This document shows positions 26,689 through 35,347 of a stretch of DNA of 64,000 nt, one piece after another. Made by a program: the position numbers and the translations under genes. This DNA comes from Deltaproteobacteria bacterium (GTDB lineage: Bacteria; Myxococcota_A; UBA796; SXON01): the NCBI GenBank assembly GCA_947445035.1, contig CANFCK010000011.1, positions 81,567 to 145,566 of the forward strand, written 5' to 3'. The notes beneath the pieces are model-generated. The model was not told the DNA's origin and searched no databases. It worked only from the letters and a program-made list of their open reading frames with translations. Position 1 is the first letter of the stretch; the number at the start of each line of letters is the position of its first letter.

Positions 26689-27327
26689 GTGATTCCGATG
26701 CGTACCTCCCTTCTGGTTCTCTCCGCTCTTCTGATTTCGGGTGCGGCCTTCGCGGGTGGAAAGGCCAAAGAAGTCGATCCTTACCCCGCGATCGTGCTGA
26801 CCGGAATCTCCGAGTTCGACGGCGTCTTCGGGCAGGCCAAGGGTGTCCAGGACAAGTTGAAGTCGGAGAAGGCCACGCTCACCAAGGCCCGCGCCGAGAC
26901 AGCGGTGGCGCTTGGTGTCGCGACCGATGCGCCATTCGCGACCGCTTTCGGTGAGCTGCAGACCAAGGCGGAACGCAAGATCAAGGTGCTCTCCGAGGGT
27001 GGTGTCCCCAAGCTCAACCCCGAATCAGCGGTCCCCGACAACGTGCAGGCCGGCATCGACTCGGTCAACGCGCTGATCGTCTCGGCGAACGGCACGGTCG
27101 GGGTCGCGACTGGGCTCAAGGGCGATGCGGTGCGGCTGGCGTCGGAATGTGGTGCTTTTCCGGGGCAGGTTCCCGGCTTGGTGAAGAACCCGATGGAGAT
27201 CCTGGGTAGGTCCAAGCTCGTCGGCGACGCGGTCAAGGCCACCGCCGCCCTGCCCGATCGGGTGCAGGCGCTGGTCGACGAAGCGGGGAAGATCTTGTCG
27301 GATGTGGTTGCCGCTTTCGGGGCATAG
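26689..27327 (+). CDS. Secreted hypothetical protein (helical, Lys/Ala-rich)
   Basis: Signal peptide MIPMRTSLLVLSALLISGAAFAGG. Ordinary amino-acid composition. No recognisable motif. Confidence 0.55.
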   Translation: MIPMRTSLLVLSALLISGAAFAGGKAKEVDPYPAIVLTGISEFDGVFGQAKGVQDKLKSEKATLTKARAETAVALGVATDAPFATAFGELQTKAERKIKVLSEGGVPKLNPESAVPDNVQAGIDSVNALIVSANGTVGVATGLKGDAVRLASECGAFPGQVPGLVKNPMEILGRSKLVGDAVKATAALPDRVQALVDEAGKILSDVVAAFGA

Positions 27328-27520
27328 GCCGCGGATGGGCGCCGCCGTCACTCTTTGGTGACGCACACATTGGCCGCGCACGAAAGCGACCAGTCATCGG
27401 AGCCTTCGAGGGAAACCCTGCCTTCTTCGCTGTAGTGGGCGACGTACACATCGTCGGGCGGGTTGTCGCCAAACGAACAGGGGGCGGCTTCGACGATCGG
27501 CTCGTAGTAAACGCCGCCGG

Positions 27521-28861
27521 TCAGCGTCGCGGCGGTAGCGCGGTCGGGTCGACGGTGACCTGGCCGTAGCCCAGCACGGTGCCCAGCTGGCTTGTGGCCC
27601 GCCAAACGGTCGTGCCGTCGGGGCGCACACGTTGGGCCTGGCCCGCCGGGCTCCACAGCAGCAGGGTGTCGCCGCCGTCGACTCGGATGGCCTCCCCGAG
27701 GCCGCGAATGTGGAATCCCTCGTCGGACTCATACGACCAGACCTCGGCGAAGGTGCCTGCGGTGCGGTCGATGGTGAACTGGGCCGCGCGGGACACCTCC
27801 GCTTCGTCCTTCCTGTCGTCCATGATGACGAAGCCGTCGTCCAAGAGCGTGAAGCCGTGCTGGTAGGCCACAGGGGTCCCCGGAGAGAGCGGGTATATCG
27901 AGTCGCGACCGAAGAACTGCTCGACGATGGCGCCGCTGGCGCGATCGATGACCACGAGCGCGCCGAGGCTCCGTAGGCTCAGCCAATATCTGTCAGTTTC
28001 GACATCGCACTTCACGGCGTTGGCATGGGGGAAACTGTCGACCAACTGCGAATCTTCGGGATCGTAGGTGTAGTGGTCCCACCCGTTCCATACTTCCCGG
28101 TTGCCGCCGTCTGGCGCGCGTTCCATCAGCACGTCACCGCGCACGGCGCGCCCGTCGAAGTCGCGACTCTCATGGGTCCACCACGCCAAGGTGCCGTCGG
28201 GCAGCTCGGTGAAGTCGTGGTGGCCGCCGGGGGTCTCGATCGTCTCGAGAACCGTGCCGTCATAGGCCACGCGGTGGATCGCCAGGTCTGACGGGTCGTA
28301 CTCGGCGATCGTGCGGAACGCGCTGATCAGCACGGAGCGTTGGTCCACCGAGCGCAAGACCCGCGTGACGTAGGGCTCCGGAACGGGGAGCGGCCACCAC
28401 CACACCGGTCCGCCGCTTTCGTCAAAGATGGCGCCGCCCGGGGTGGAATTGTTAACTCCGGTGGCCAAGAAGCCGGGGTTGTCGCCAGATTCGCCGAGGG
28501 TGAGGGAAGGGGCTTCTGCGGGCAGATTCCCGGTCTGGAGTTTCGCCTCTTCGCTGGTTGCGACCGACTCGCCCCACGTGCCGACCAGGCGGAAGCGGTA
28601 GTCCTGGCTCTGGCGCAGTCCGAAAGCGAGGGCGCGCCACGCACCGCCTTCCTCGACGGCCGGGGTGGCCGCCCACTCTCCGTCCGGGTCCAACCACTCC
28701 AGGCGCAGGGCATCGGGGGACTCCTGCGGGGGTACCCAGTTGGCCAGGACCACCGTGGCCATGTCCTCCGCCAACCGCAGCTCCGGCGGCGAAATCTGCT
28801 GAAGATCCGCGCTTTGGCAACCGAGCATCGTCAGCAGCGGGAGCGAGGGCCGTGCGGTCAT
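27521..28861 (-). CDS. Lipoprotein, arylsulfotransferase (ASST)-like beta-propeller
   Basis: Lipobox LLTMLGC. GGHHDFTELPDGTLAW and FPHANAVKCD..YWLSLRSLGALVVIDRASG resemble ASST-family blocks. See the finding on a possible lost C-terminal tail. Confidence 0.55.
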   Translation of the reverse strand: MTARPSLPLLTMLGCQSADLQQISPPELRLAEDMATVVLANWVPPQESPDALRLEWLDPDGEWAATPAVEEGGAWRALAFGLRQSQDYRFRLVGTWGESVATSEEAKLQTGNLPAEAPSLTLGESGDNPGFLATGVNNSTPGGAIFDESGGPVWWWPLPVPEPYVTRVLRSVDQRSVLISAFRTIAEYDPSDLAIHRVAYDGTVLETIETPGGHHDFTELPDGTLAWWTHESRDFDGRAVRGDVLMERAPDGGNREVWNGWDHYTYDPEDSQLVDSFPHANAVKCDVETDRYWLSLRSLGALVVIDRASGAIVEQFFGRDSIYPLSPGTPVAYQHGFTLLDDGFVIMDDRKDEAEVSRAAQFTIDRTAGTFAEVWSYESDEGFHIRGLGEAIRVDGGDTLLLWSPAGQAQRVRPDGTTVWRATSQLGTVLGYGQVTVDPTALPPRR

Positions 28862-28903
28862 GCGTCACCGTCGTAGCGCGATCGGCCCTGACCCGCCCGA
28901 CCC

Positions 28904-30655
28904 CTACCCCGCCATCGCCCCCATACCTTCCCTATACAACGCCGCGTACTCGCCCTCCAACGCCAAAAGCTCCGCGTGCGTACCGACCTCGGCGACCCTG
29001 CCGCCCGCGAGGACCACGATGCGGTCGGCGCGGGTGATGGTCGAGAGCCGATGGGCCACCACGAGGCAGGTGCGATGGGCAAAAAGGCGCTCGATGGCCT
29101 CCTGTAGGATGCGCTCGGAGACCGGGTCTACGTTCGCTGTGGCTTCGTCGAGGATCACCAGCGCCGGATTCCGCGCCAGCGTGCGCGCTAGACTGACGAT
29201 CTGCCCTTCGCCCGCGCTCAGATCGGCGCCACGTTCCCGCAGCACATGCCCCAAGCCCTCGGGGTACTTCTCTGCGATGCGGTCAGCACCGCTCTCGCGG
29301 ATCGCGGCCTCGACGCGGGCCGGGTCCAAGGTGGCGTCGTCCAGGGTGATGTTGAAGCGCAGCGTGTCTCGGAAAAGTTGCACCTCCTGCCGCACGCTCC
29401 CCACGGTGCGGCGGATGTCGGCGGGGCGGATCCGGTCGAGCTCCACCCCATCGACGGTGATGCTGCCCTCGTAGCCGTCATGCACCCGCGCCAAAAGACG
29501 GACCAGGGTGCTTTTGCCCGCGCCGGTGCGCCCGACGACCGCGACCACCTCCCCGGGTTGTACCTCCAGGCTGACTCCGTCGAGAATCCAAGGAGAATCC
29601 CGCCGATAACGGAATCGAAGGTCGCGCAGGACGAGGTGACCCTGCGCGTCCACTGCGGAGCGGTCGCCGGGGGTGATGCGATCGTCTTGCTGGAGGAGCC
29701 AGAAGATCTTGTCGAGGGCAGTGGAAGCGCGCTGAAGGAAGGTGATCTTGCCGGAGATTTCGCGGAGCGGCCGGAACAAGCGCTCGATGTAATCCAGGAA
29801 AGCGACGATGAGCCCGATGGAGACCGCGGTGTGGGCGTTGGTGGCGCTCCAGAAGATCATCACCGCAATGCAAACGCTGGCGATTCCATCGATGAACGCG
29901 TAAAGCGAGGCGTCGTAGACGTTGTTCATCACATTTGCGTCACGATACCGACGGTTCAGCTCAGAGAAGCGCTCCGTGACCCGAAGCTCCAGCCCGTACA
30001 GCTGGATGACCTCGATCCCCGCGATGCGTTCGGCAGCGTAGGAATTCATCGCGGCAAGCGAATCGCGAATCTCGGCGTACAGCGCGCGCATCCGCCGGCG
30101 CGTGAACTCGATGACGACGGCGATCGGCGGGCCGAGCAAGCAGAGGAGCCCGGCCAGGCGCCAGTCCAGCCAGAACATCGCCCCCAGCGCGCTGAGCATC
30201 AGGCAGATGTCGAGGATGAGCGCGATCGATCCGGCTGAGAGCGCCTCGTTGAGCGCCTCGACGTCGCTGGTGGCGCGGGACATCAGTTGGCCGGTGGGCT
30301 GCCGCTCGAAAAAGCGCTGCGACAGCGACAGCACCTGCCGAAAGAGGGCATGCCGCAGGCGCAGGATCGAATTCTCCGCCGCGTTGGCCAGGACCCAGGT
30401 GTAGACGCCCTCGACGACGAAGACGGCGATGACCGCAGCCAGGTACCAGCCGGCGTCCCTTTGGAGCCCCTCGCCGGTGCCGCCGATGATGTGTTCGTCA
30501 ATGACGCCCTTGAGCAGGATCGGCTGTAAGACCCCGAGTCCGGCGATGATCGGGGTCAGGCCCAGCGCGAGGACGAAGCTGCGCAGGTCCGGCCGTAAGA
30601 ACGGGACGAGCGAACGCCAGGTCCAGGGGGCGGCGCTGGCCGTGTCCGCGCTCAC
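28904..30655 (-). CDS. ABC exporter, fused permease/ATPase (consensus Walker B, deviant signature)
   Basis: Six-TM N-terminal half. Walker A GRTGAGKST, signature LSAGEGQ, Walker B LVILDEAT, H-loop VVAHRL. Confidence 0.9.
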   Translation of the reverse strand: MSADTASAAPWTWRSLVPFLRPDLRSFVLALGLTPIIAGLGVLQPILLKGVIDEHIIGGTGEGLQRDAGWYLAAVIAVFVVEGVYTWVLANAAENSILRLRHALFRQVLSLSQRFFERQPTGQLMSRATSDVEALNEALSAGSIALILDICLMLSALGAMFWLDWRLAGLLCLLGPPIAVVIEFTRRRMRALYAEIRDSLAAMNSYAAERIAGIEVIQLYGLELRVTERFSELNRRYRDANVMNNVYDASLYAFIDGIASVCIAVMIFWSATNAHTAVSIGLIVAFLDYIERLFRPLREISGKITFLQRASTALDKIFWLLQQDDRITPGDRSAVDAQGHLVLRDLRFRYRRDSPWILDGVSLEVQPGEVVAVVGRTGAGKSTLVRLLARVHDGYEGSITVDGVELDRIRPADIRRTVGSVRQEVQLFRDTLRFNITLDDATLDPARVEAAIRESGADRIAEKYPEGLGHVLRERGADLSAGEGQIVSLARTLARNPALVILDEATANVDPVSERILQEAIERLFAHRTCLVVAHRLSTITRADRIVVLAGGRVAEVGTHAELLALEGEYAALYREGMGAMAG

Positions 30656-32430
30656 GCCCGCACCGCCGCGCCGCCTTCGTCTGCAGGTTCATCTTGGGTG
30701 TCCCACGCGTCCCGGTAAGGCCCCGGCCGCGCGAGCAGCTCGGCGTGGGTGCCCTCGTCGACCAGCCGCCCACCGGCGAGCACGAGGATGCGGTCGGTGT
30801 GAACCAACGCCGAGAGCCGATGGCTCACGATGATGCGCGTGGCCTCGGTGCGGCTGCGAAGGGTCGTGAGCAGTTCGCGCTCGGTACGAGGGTCCACAGC
30901 GCTGAGGACGTCGTCGAGAAGCACCAGACTGGCCGGGCGCAACAACCCCCGTGCCAGAGCCACGCGCTGGCGTTGGCCACCCGACAGCGCGATGCCCCGT
31001 TCGCCCACCACGGTGTCGAGGCCGGCGGGGAGCGCGTCGAGGTCCGTCGCGAGCGCAGCCTCATGCGCCGCCGCTGCGACAGCGGCACGGCCTGCGCCGA
31101 AGCCGATGTTTTCTTCGATAGTCTCGGAAAACAGGAAGGGGGTCTGGGTCACGAGGCACAGGCCGGTGCGCCACGCGTCGAGGTCCAGCTCTCGAAGATC
31201 CACGCCGTCGACGAAAACCGTTCCCGGCGGAGGGTTCTGGAGCCGCGCCAACAGCCGTAGCAGCGTGCTCTTTCCGCTGGCGACCGAGCCGTGGATGCCG
31301 ACCGTCGAGCCCCCGGCAATCGTGGTGCTGATCCCGTGGAGCACCGGCCGGTCGGGCGCGTCACCGAAGGCAAAGCTGAGGTCCCGAAAGGTGAGGCTAG
31401 GCGCGCGTGCGGGTGGGCGCCGCGCGAGGCCGAGGTCTGGCCGCTCCACGGGCTCGTCCAGCACCAGGTAGATGCGCTCCAGCGAGGCCTCCGCGCGCTG
31501 GAAGACGGGGAGCAGCCAACCCACCACGCGCAGCGGCATCACGACGAAGGCCACCAACGCGACGAACGCCGCAAGCTCCCCCGCGGTGAGGTGGCCGTTT
31601 CGCACCGCGCCGCCGCCCACCGCGAGCAGCATCCACGTCGCGACGCCACCCGCCACGGTCAAGAGCGGGATGGCGATCACCCGCAGGCGTGTCATCTTCA
31701 GGCTGGACGCGCGCAGGTTGGCGGCGCGGTCGTCCAGCCGGCGCGTGAAGGTTTCTTCCGCGCAGAACGCCTGCACCGTAGCCACCCCCTGAAAGCTCGA
31801 CAGCAGCTCGTCGGCGAGCTCTCCCAGCTGCTTTTGCGACACCCGCTGCATCGCCATCAGCTGGGGGGTGACCCAGGAGACCGCGAGGTAGGCGAGCACG
31901 CATGGGATTACGACGGCGACGGTCAGGATGGGCGACAACATCAACATCGAGCCGATCCCGGCGACGAGCCCGGCGATGGCGTTTGCCCCTTGCATCAGCG
32001 CGAAGCCGGCCAACGCCCGAGCGAAGGTGACGTCGCTGGTGGCGCGGCTGAGCAGGTCCCCGGTGGGAGAACGGCTGTAAAACCCTGGTTGCAGGCGGAG
32101 TAGCGCCGCGAAAAAGCTCTCCCTCATCCGCGATTCGGCGATGCGCCCCGGGGTGAAGAACCACACCCGCGACAGCGTGCGCACCCCGATCACCACCACG
32201 CCGATGATCGCGATCCACATCGCCTCGGTCGCGACACCCACCTCGCCCGCGCGCAGCTTGTCGAGCCCGACGGCCATCCGCGTCGGCACCTGGACCCCGA
32301 GCCAGTTGGTGATGAGCACCGCGGCCACGCCGGGGAGGTACCAGCGCCACAGAGGAAGCACGTATTCGCGCGCAAAGCGCAGCGAGTACGGCAGTGTCCG
32401 GCGCAGTGTGCCCACCCTAGGGAGGTCCAT
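30652..32430 (-). CDS. ABC exporter, fused permease/ATPase (degenerate Walker B DD)
   Basis: Walker A GSVASGKST, signature LSGGQRQ, Walker B LVLLDDVLS (Asp replaces the catalytic Glu), H-loop IVSHRL. 4-nt overlap with the downstream partner. Confidence 0.9.
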   Translation of the reverse strand: MDLPRVGTLRRTLPYSLRFAREYVLPLWRWYLPGVAAVLITNWLGVQVPTRMAVGLDKLRAGEVGVATEAMWIAIIGVVVIGVRTLSRVWFFTPGRIAESRMRESFFAALLRLQPGFYSRSPTGDLLSRATSDVTFARALAGFALMQGANAIAGLVAGIGSMLMLSPILTVAVVIPCVLAYLAVSWVTPQLMAMQRVSQKQLGELADELLSSFQGVATVQAFCAEETFTRRLDDRAANLRASSLKMTRLRVIAIPLLTVAGGVATWMLLAVGGGAVRNGHLTAGELAAFVALVAFVVMPLRVVGWLLPVFQRAEASLERIYLVLDEPVERPDLGLARRPPARAPSLTFRDLSFAFGDAPDRPVLHGISTTIAGGSTVGIHGSVASGKSTLLRLLARLQNPPPGTVFVDGVDLRELDLDAWRTGLCLVTQTPFLFSETIEENIGFGAGRAAVAAAAHEAALATDLDALPAGLDTVVGERGIALSGGQRQRVALARGLLRPASLVLLDDVLSAVDPRTERELLTTLRSRTEATRIIVSHRLSALVHTDRILVLAGGRLVDEGTHAELLARPGPYRDAWDTQDEPADEGGAAVRA

Positions 32431-32594
32431 CTCGTCCTTCGAGCGGGGGCGGCTATTCCGAAAGGGCGCCCCAGGTCACCCGTTTCGGCCTTACCCGAAG
32501 TTGCAGGCCTGCGCGTCGGCGGCGGCGGCGCGGGCGAGCCGCTGGCCTGTCCGCGACGGGGTCGTGGGGGCGCGACGCCCCGAACAAGTCGGAA

Positions 32595-32822
32595 CTAGTC
32601 GGCGGTGTCGGCGGTGTCGCCGGTGTCTGCGGTATCCCCAGTATCCCCAGTCTCGGTGCCCGTGTCGCTGTCGCTGTCCTGCCCGCTGTCGGTGTCCCCG
32701 CCCGTATCGGCGGGGGCGGTGCCCGTGTCCTCGACGCAGAGCCCTTCGATGTTGAAGTCGTAGCCCTCGTCGCAAGTGGGCGCGGAGCAGGCGGCAAAGA
32801 GCAGGCAGAGAAGCAGCTTCAC
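32595..32822 (-). CDS. 75-aa lipoprotein with DT-repeat acidic tail
   Basis: The GTG start overlaps the acylase TGA (GTGA). Lipobox LLLCLLFAAC, then CDEGYDFNIEGLCVED and DTGGDTDSGQDSDSDTGTETGDTGDTADTGDTADTAD*. Confidence 0.5.
   Translation of the reverse strand: MKLLLCLLFAACSAPTCDEGYDFNIEGLCVEDTGTAPADTGGDTDSGQDSDSDTGTETGDTGDTADTGDTADTAD
32598..32651. repeat. Six tandem 9-nt units (GTCGGCGGT-type) encoding the DTxDT tail
   Basis: gtcggcggt gtcggcggt gtcgccggt gtctgcggt atccccagt atccccagt read directly. Confidence 0.85.
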
Positions 32823-35284
32823 GGTAGGATCTCCCAGGTGCGGACAGTGGCCTCGTCGACCTCGACCTTGCGGAAGGGCAGGTACTTGTACTCGAACTCG
32901 TGCCAGTCCGACTCGGGGCCGTAGCCGCCGTGCCCGTGGTGGAAGTAGAGCTCGGGCACGTCGTCGTCGCCGAAGCCGACGATGGCGCGGTACAAGCTGC
33001 CCTCGTGCGAGGCACAGGGCGAGTTCAGTTCGTTCCCGTTCCAAGCAGGGCAATCCGCCACGTTCACCGTGGACTCGTCGCCGGAGAAGGGCGCTTCGAT
33101 GTCGACGCCGAACGTGCCCTTGAACCAGGCGGTGTGCACATCGCCCCAGGTCAGCGAGTCCACGCCGAGCGCCAGCCGCTGCGCGTCCACCCACTCCAGC
33201 GCGTCGGAGAGGGCCTGGAGCATGTCGATGTCGCCCCGCCCATCGAGCAGCCCTTCATGCTGCTGCGTGTGCGCCAGCACGTTGAGCTTGGCCACCGTCA
33301 CCGGCGTGGCCTCGGCGATGGCGTCGAAGAGCACGCTCATGTCGCCGAAAAGGGTGCGCCGCGCCAACATCGCCTGCCACGTGTGGAAAAGCGCCGCCGC
33401 TTCGCTATCCATCGTCATGTCTTGGTTCCAAGCATCCAGCAGAGCGATGGCGTCAACCAGATCAGGACGATCGCGGTAGTCGACGAGCGCCTCATCGGTC
33501 GCGATGCGCCCTTGGACTTCGACCAGTAACGGGAGCAGGTCGCCGGCGATGCCGGAGCGCACGTCGGCCTGCATCTCGACCATGTCGGCAGGGGCTACGT
33601 TTCCGCGCTCGATCAGCGCGTTCCCCAGCTCGTGGATGCGGTCGGCGCGCCAGCCCGGATCGAAGAAGCTGCCGTAGTAGAAGGCGTCGTTGGTGGGGTC
33701 GTTGTCGAGCGTGTGGGAGAAGGGGGCGTTGTTCCCGGTGCCGATGAGGTCCTGGGAGCCGTCGAGTGTGGGGTACAGCGCGTCGTCGAGATGGTCGCCC
33801 GTCCATAAAACGCTGGGATCGCTGGCGTCCTGGATGCGGCGAGGATCGCCGGTTCGAACAGGAATATACCCGTGGGTCTGGTAGCCGATGCCGGTAGCGT
33901 CCCCGAAGACCCAGTTCTGTTGGCCGACCATTTCGAGTCCGACGGCCTCGCGGAACTCGGCGATGTTGGTGCTGCGGTCGAAGTCCAGGTACTCGAAGAG
34001 CTCCTGGGTTTCAGGCTCGAACCCAGCCCACGCGATCATGACGCTGCCGTCGGCGAATACATTGGCGGGAACCGGCAAGAGTTCCTCGGGCAAAAGCACG
34101 CCGAAATCGGGAATCTCGGTGACGGTGTGAACCTCTTCCAACAAGCTGCCATCGGCCTGCTTGACGCGGATGACCTCGTCCCGGATGCGGACCTTGACGG
34201 GGTCGCCACCCATGTCGGCGTAGCCGTCTTCGTCGATGGCGACGTCGTAGATGTCCATCACGTCCGAAAAGTTGGTGGTCGCCGTCCAGTTGACGTGCTG
34301 GTTGTGGCCCAGATGCAGACCTGGAACGCCGGGGAAGCTGAAGCCAGCCACGTCGAAGTTGCCTCCGGCTTCGGCTGAGTTCAGGTGCCACGCGATGAGC
34401 ATCGACGGGGTCATCAGGCTGGCGTGGGGGTCATTGGCCATGACCGGCTTGCCGTTGAGGGTGTTTTTTCCGTTGAAGGCCCAGTTGTTGCTGGCGCGCC
34501 CCGCGCCCTGCGCCTTGGCGAGCACCGAGAGCCGGGTGCCGAGTTCGTCGTCGAGCACCAGTCCGGGCGGGAACCGAGGGTCGATCGGCGCCGACTTCGA
34601 CGCACTTTTTTCGGTCGGCACCGCCCCGTCCACGATGAACTGGCCCCGGGAGGGCGCCCACACCGGCACGTCGTCGAAATTGTTCACCAACTCCTGCGAG
34701 ATCGACACCAGCACGTCGTAGTCGATCTGGTTCGAATACCCGAGGTTGATGCGCTTGCCCATCGCGACCACGTCCACGACGGTGAACGGCTCTGGGATGT
34801 AGGTGAGCGCGTCCTGACCGTAGGAGTCGGGTGCTTCGGCGGTGCCGGCGGCGAGGTCCTGCACGTAGCGGTTGAGCCCGGCCGTGAACGCGATGCCGAG
34901 GCCGGTGTCGGCCGGGCGAGTCTTGGCCTGAAAGTGCAGCGTGCGGCAGCCCAGATCGAGGAAGTTGAAGGTGCGGGCGATGAGGTCGGTTTCGACCGCC
35001 GACTGGCCGTCCATTTCCGCCAGGGTGCCACGGGTCGAGTGACGCGCACGATCGATCTGGTAGAGGCGCTGCCGCCCTTGTTCGTAGCCCGCCGCGAAGA
35101 AGAGATCCGCATCGTCCGCCGCGTAGATGTGGACCACGCCGAGGTGGTCTTCTTGTACGGTGGCAGCCGCGGTCGGCGCGTACGTCAGCGGGATGTCGAG
35201 CCCGTCGGTGGTGCAGGCTTCCCACACGTCGAGGCCGGGCTTCTGCAGCGCGGGCGGATCACAGGCCAAGAACAGAAAGAGCAT
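32819..35284 (-). CDS. Penicillin-acylase-family Ntn hydrolase (lipoprotein)
   Basis: Lipobox MLFLFLAC. Alpha-subunit block DLFFAAGYEQGRQRLYQIDRARH. Beta-subunit nucleophile block GRASNNWAFNG...ANDPH. Confidence 0.85.
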   Translation of the reverse strand: MLFLFLACDPPALQKPGLDVWEACTTDGLDIPLTYAPTAAATVQEDHLGVVHIYAADDADLFFAAGYEQGRQRLYQIDRARHSTRGTLAEMDGQSAVETDLIARTFNFLDLGCRTLHFQAKTRPADTGLGIAFTAGLNRYVQDLAAGTAEAPDSYGQDALTYIPEPFTVVDVVAMGKRINLGYSNQIDYDVLVSISQELVNNFDDVPVWAPSRGQFIVDGAVPTEKSASKSAPIDPRFPPGLVLDDELGTRLSVLAKAQGAGRASNNWAFNGKNTLNGKPVMANDPHASLMTPSMLIAWHLNSAEAGGNFDVAGFSFPGVPGLHLGHNQHVNWTATTNFSDVMDIYDVAIDEDGYADMGGDPVKVRIRDEVIRVKQADGSLLEEVHTVTEIPDFGVLLPEELLPVPANVFADGSVMIAWAGFEPETQELFEYLDFDRSTNIAEFREAVGLEMVGQQNWVFGDATGIGYQTHGYIPVRTGDPRRIQDASDPSVLWTGDHLDDALYPTLDGSQDLIGTGNNAPFSHTLDNDPTNDAFYYGSFFDPGWRADRIHELGNALIERGNVAPADMVEMQADVRSGIAGDLLPLLVEVQGRIATDEALVDYRDRPDLVDAIALLDAWNQDMTMDSEAAALFHTWQAMLARRTLFGDMSVLFDAIAEATPVTVAKLNVLAHTQQHEGLLDGRGDIDMLQALSDALEWVDAQRLALGVDSLTWGDVHTAWFKGTFGVDIEAPFSGDESTVNVADCPAWNGNELNSPCASHEGSLYRAIVGFGDDDVPELYFHHGHGGYGPESDWHEFEYKYLPFRKVEVDEATVRTWEILP

Positions 35285-35347
35285 CGTTGTACCAGCCCTC
35301 GGCGTAGCATGGAAATGCCGGCCCCGCCCGGCTACTCTGGGTCGCAG

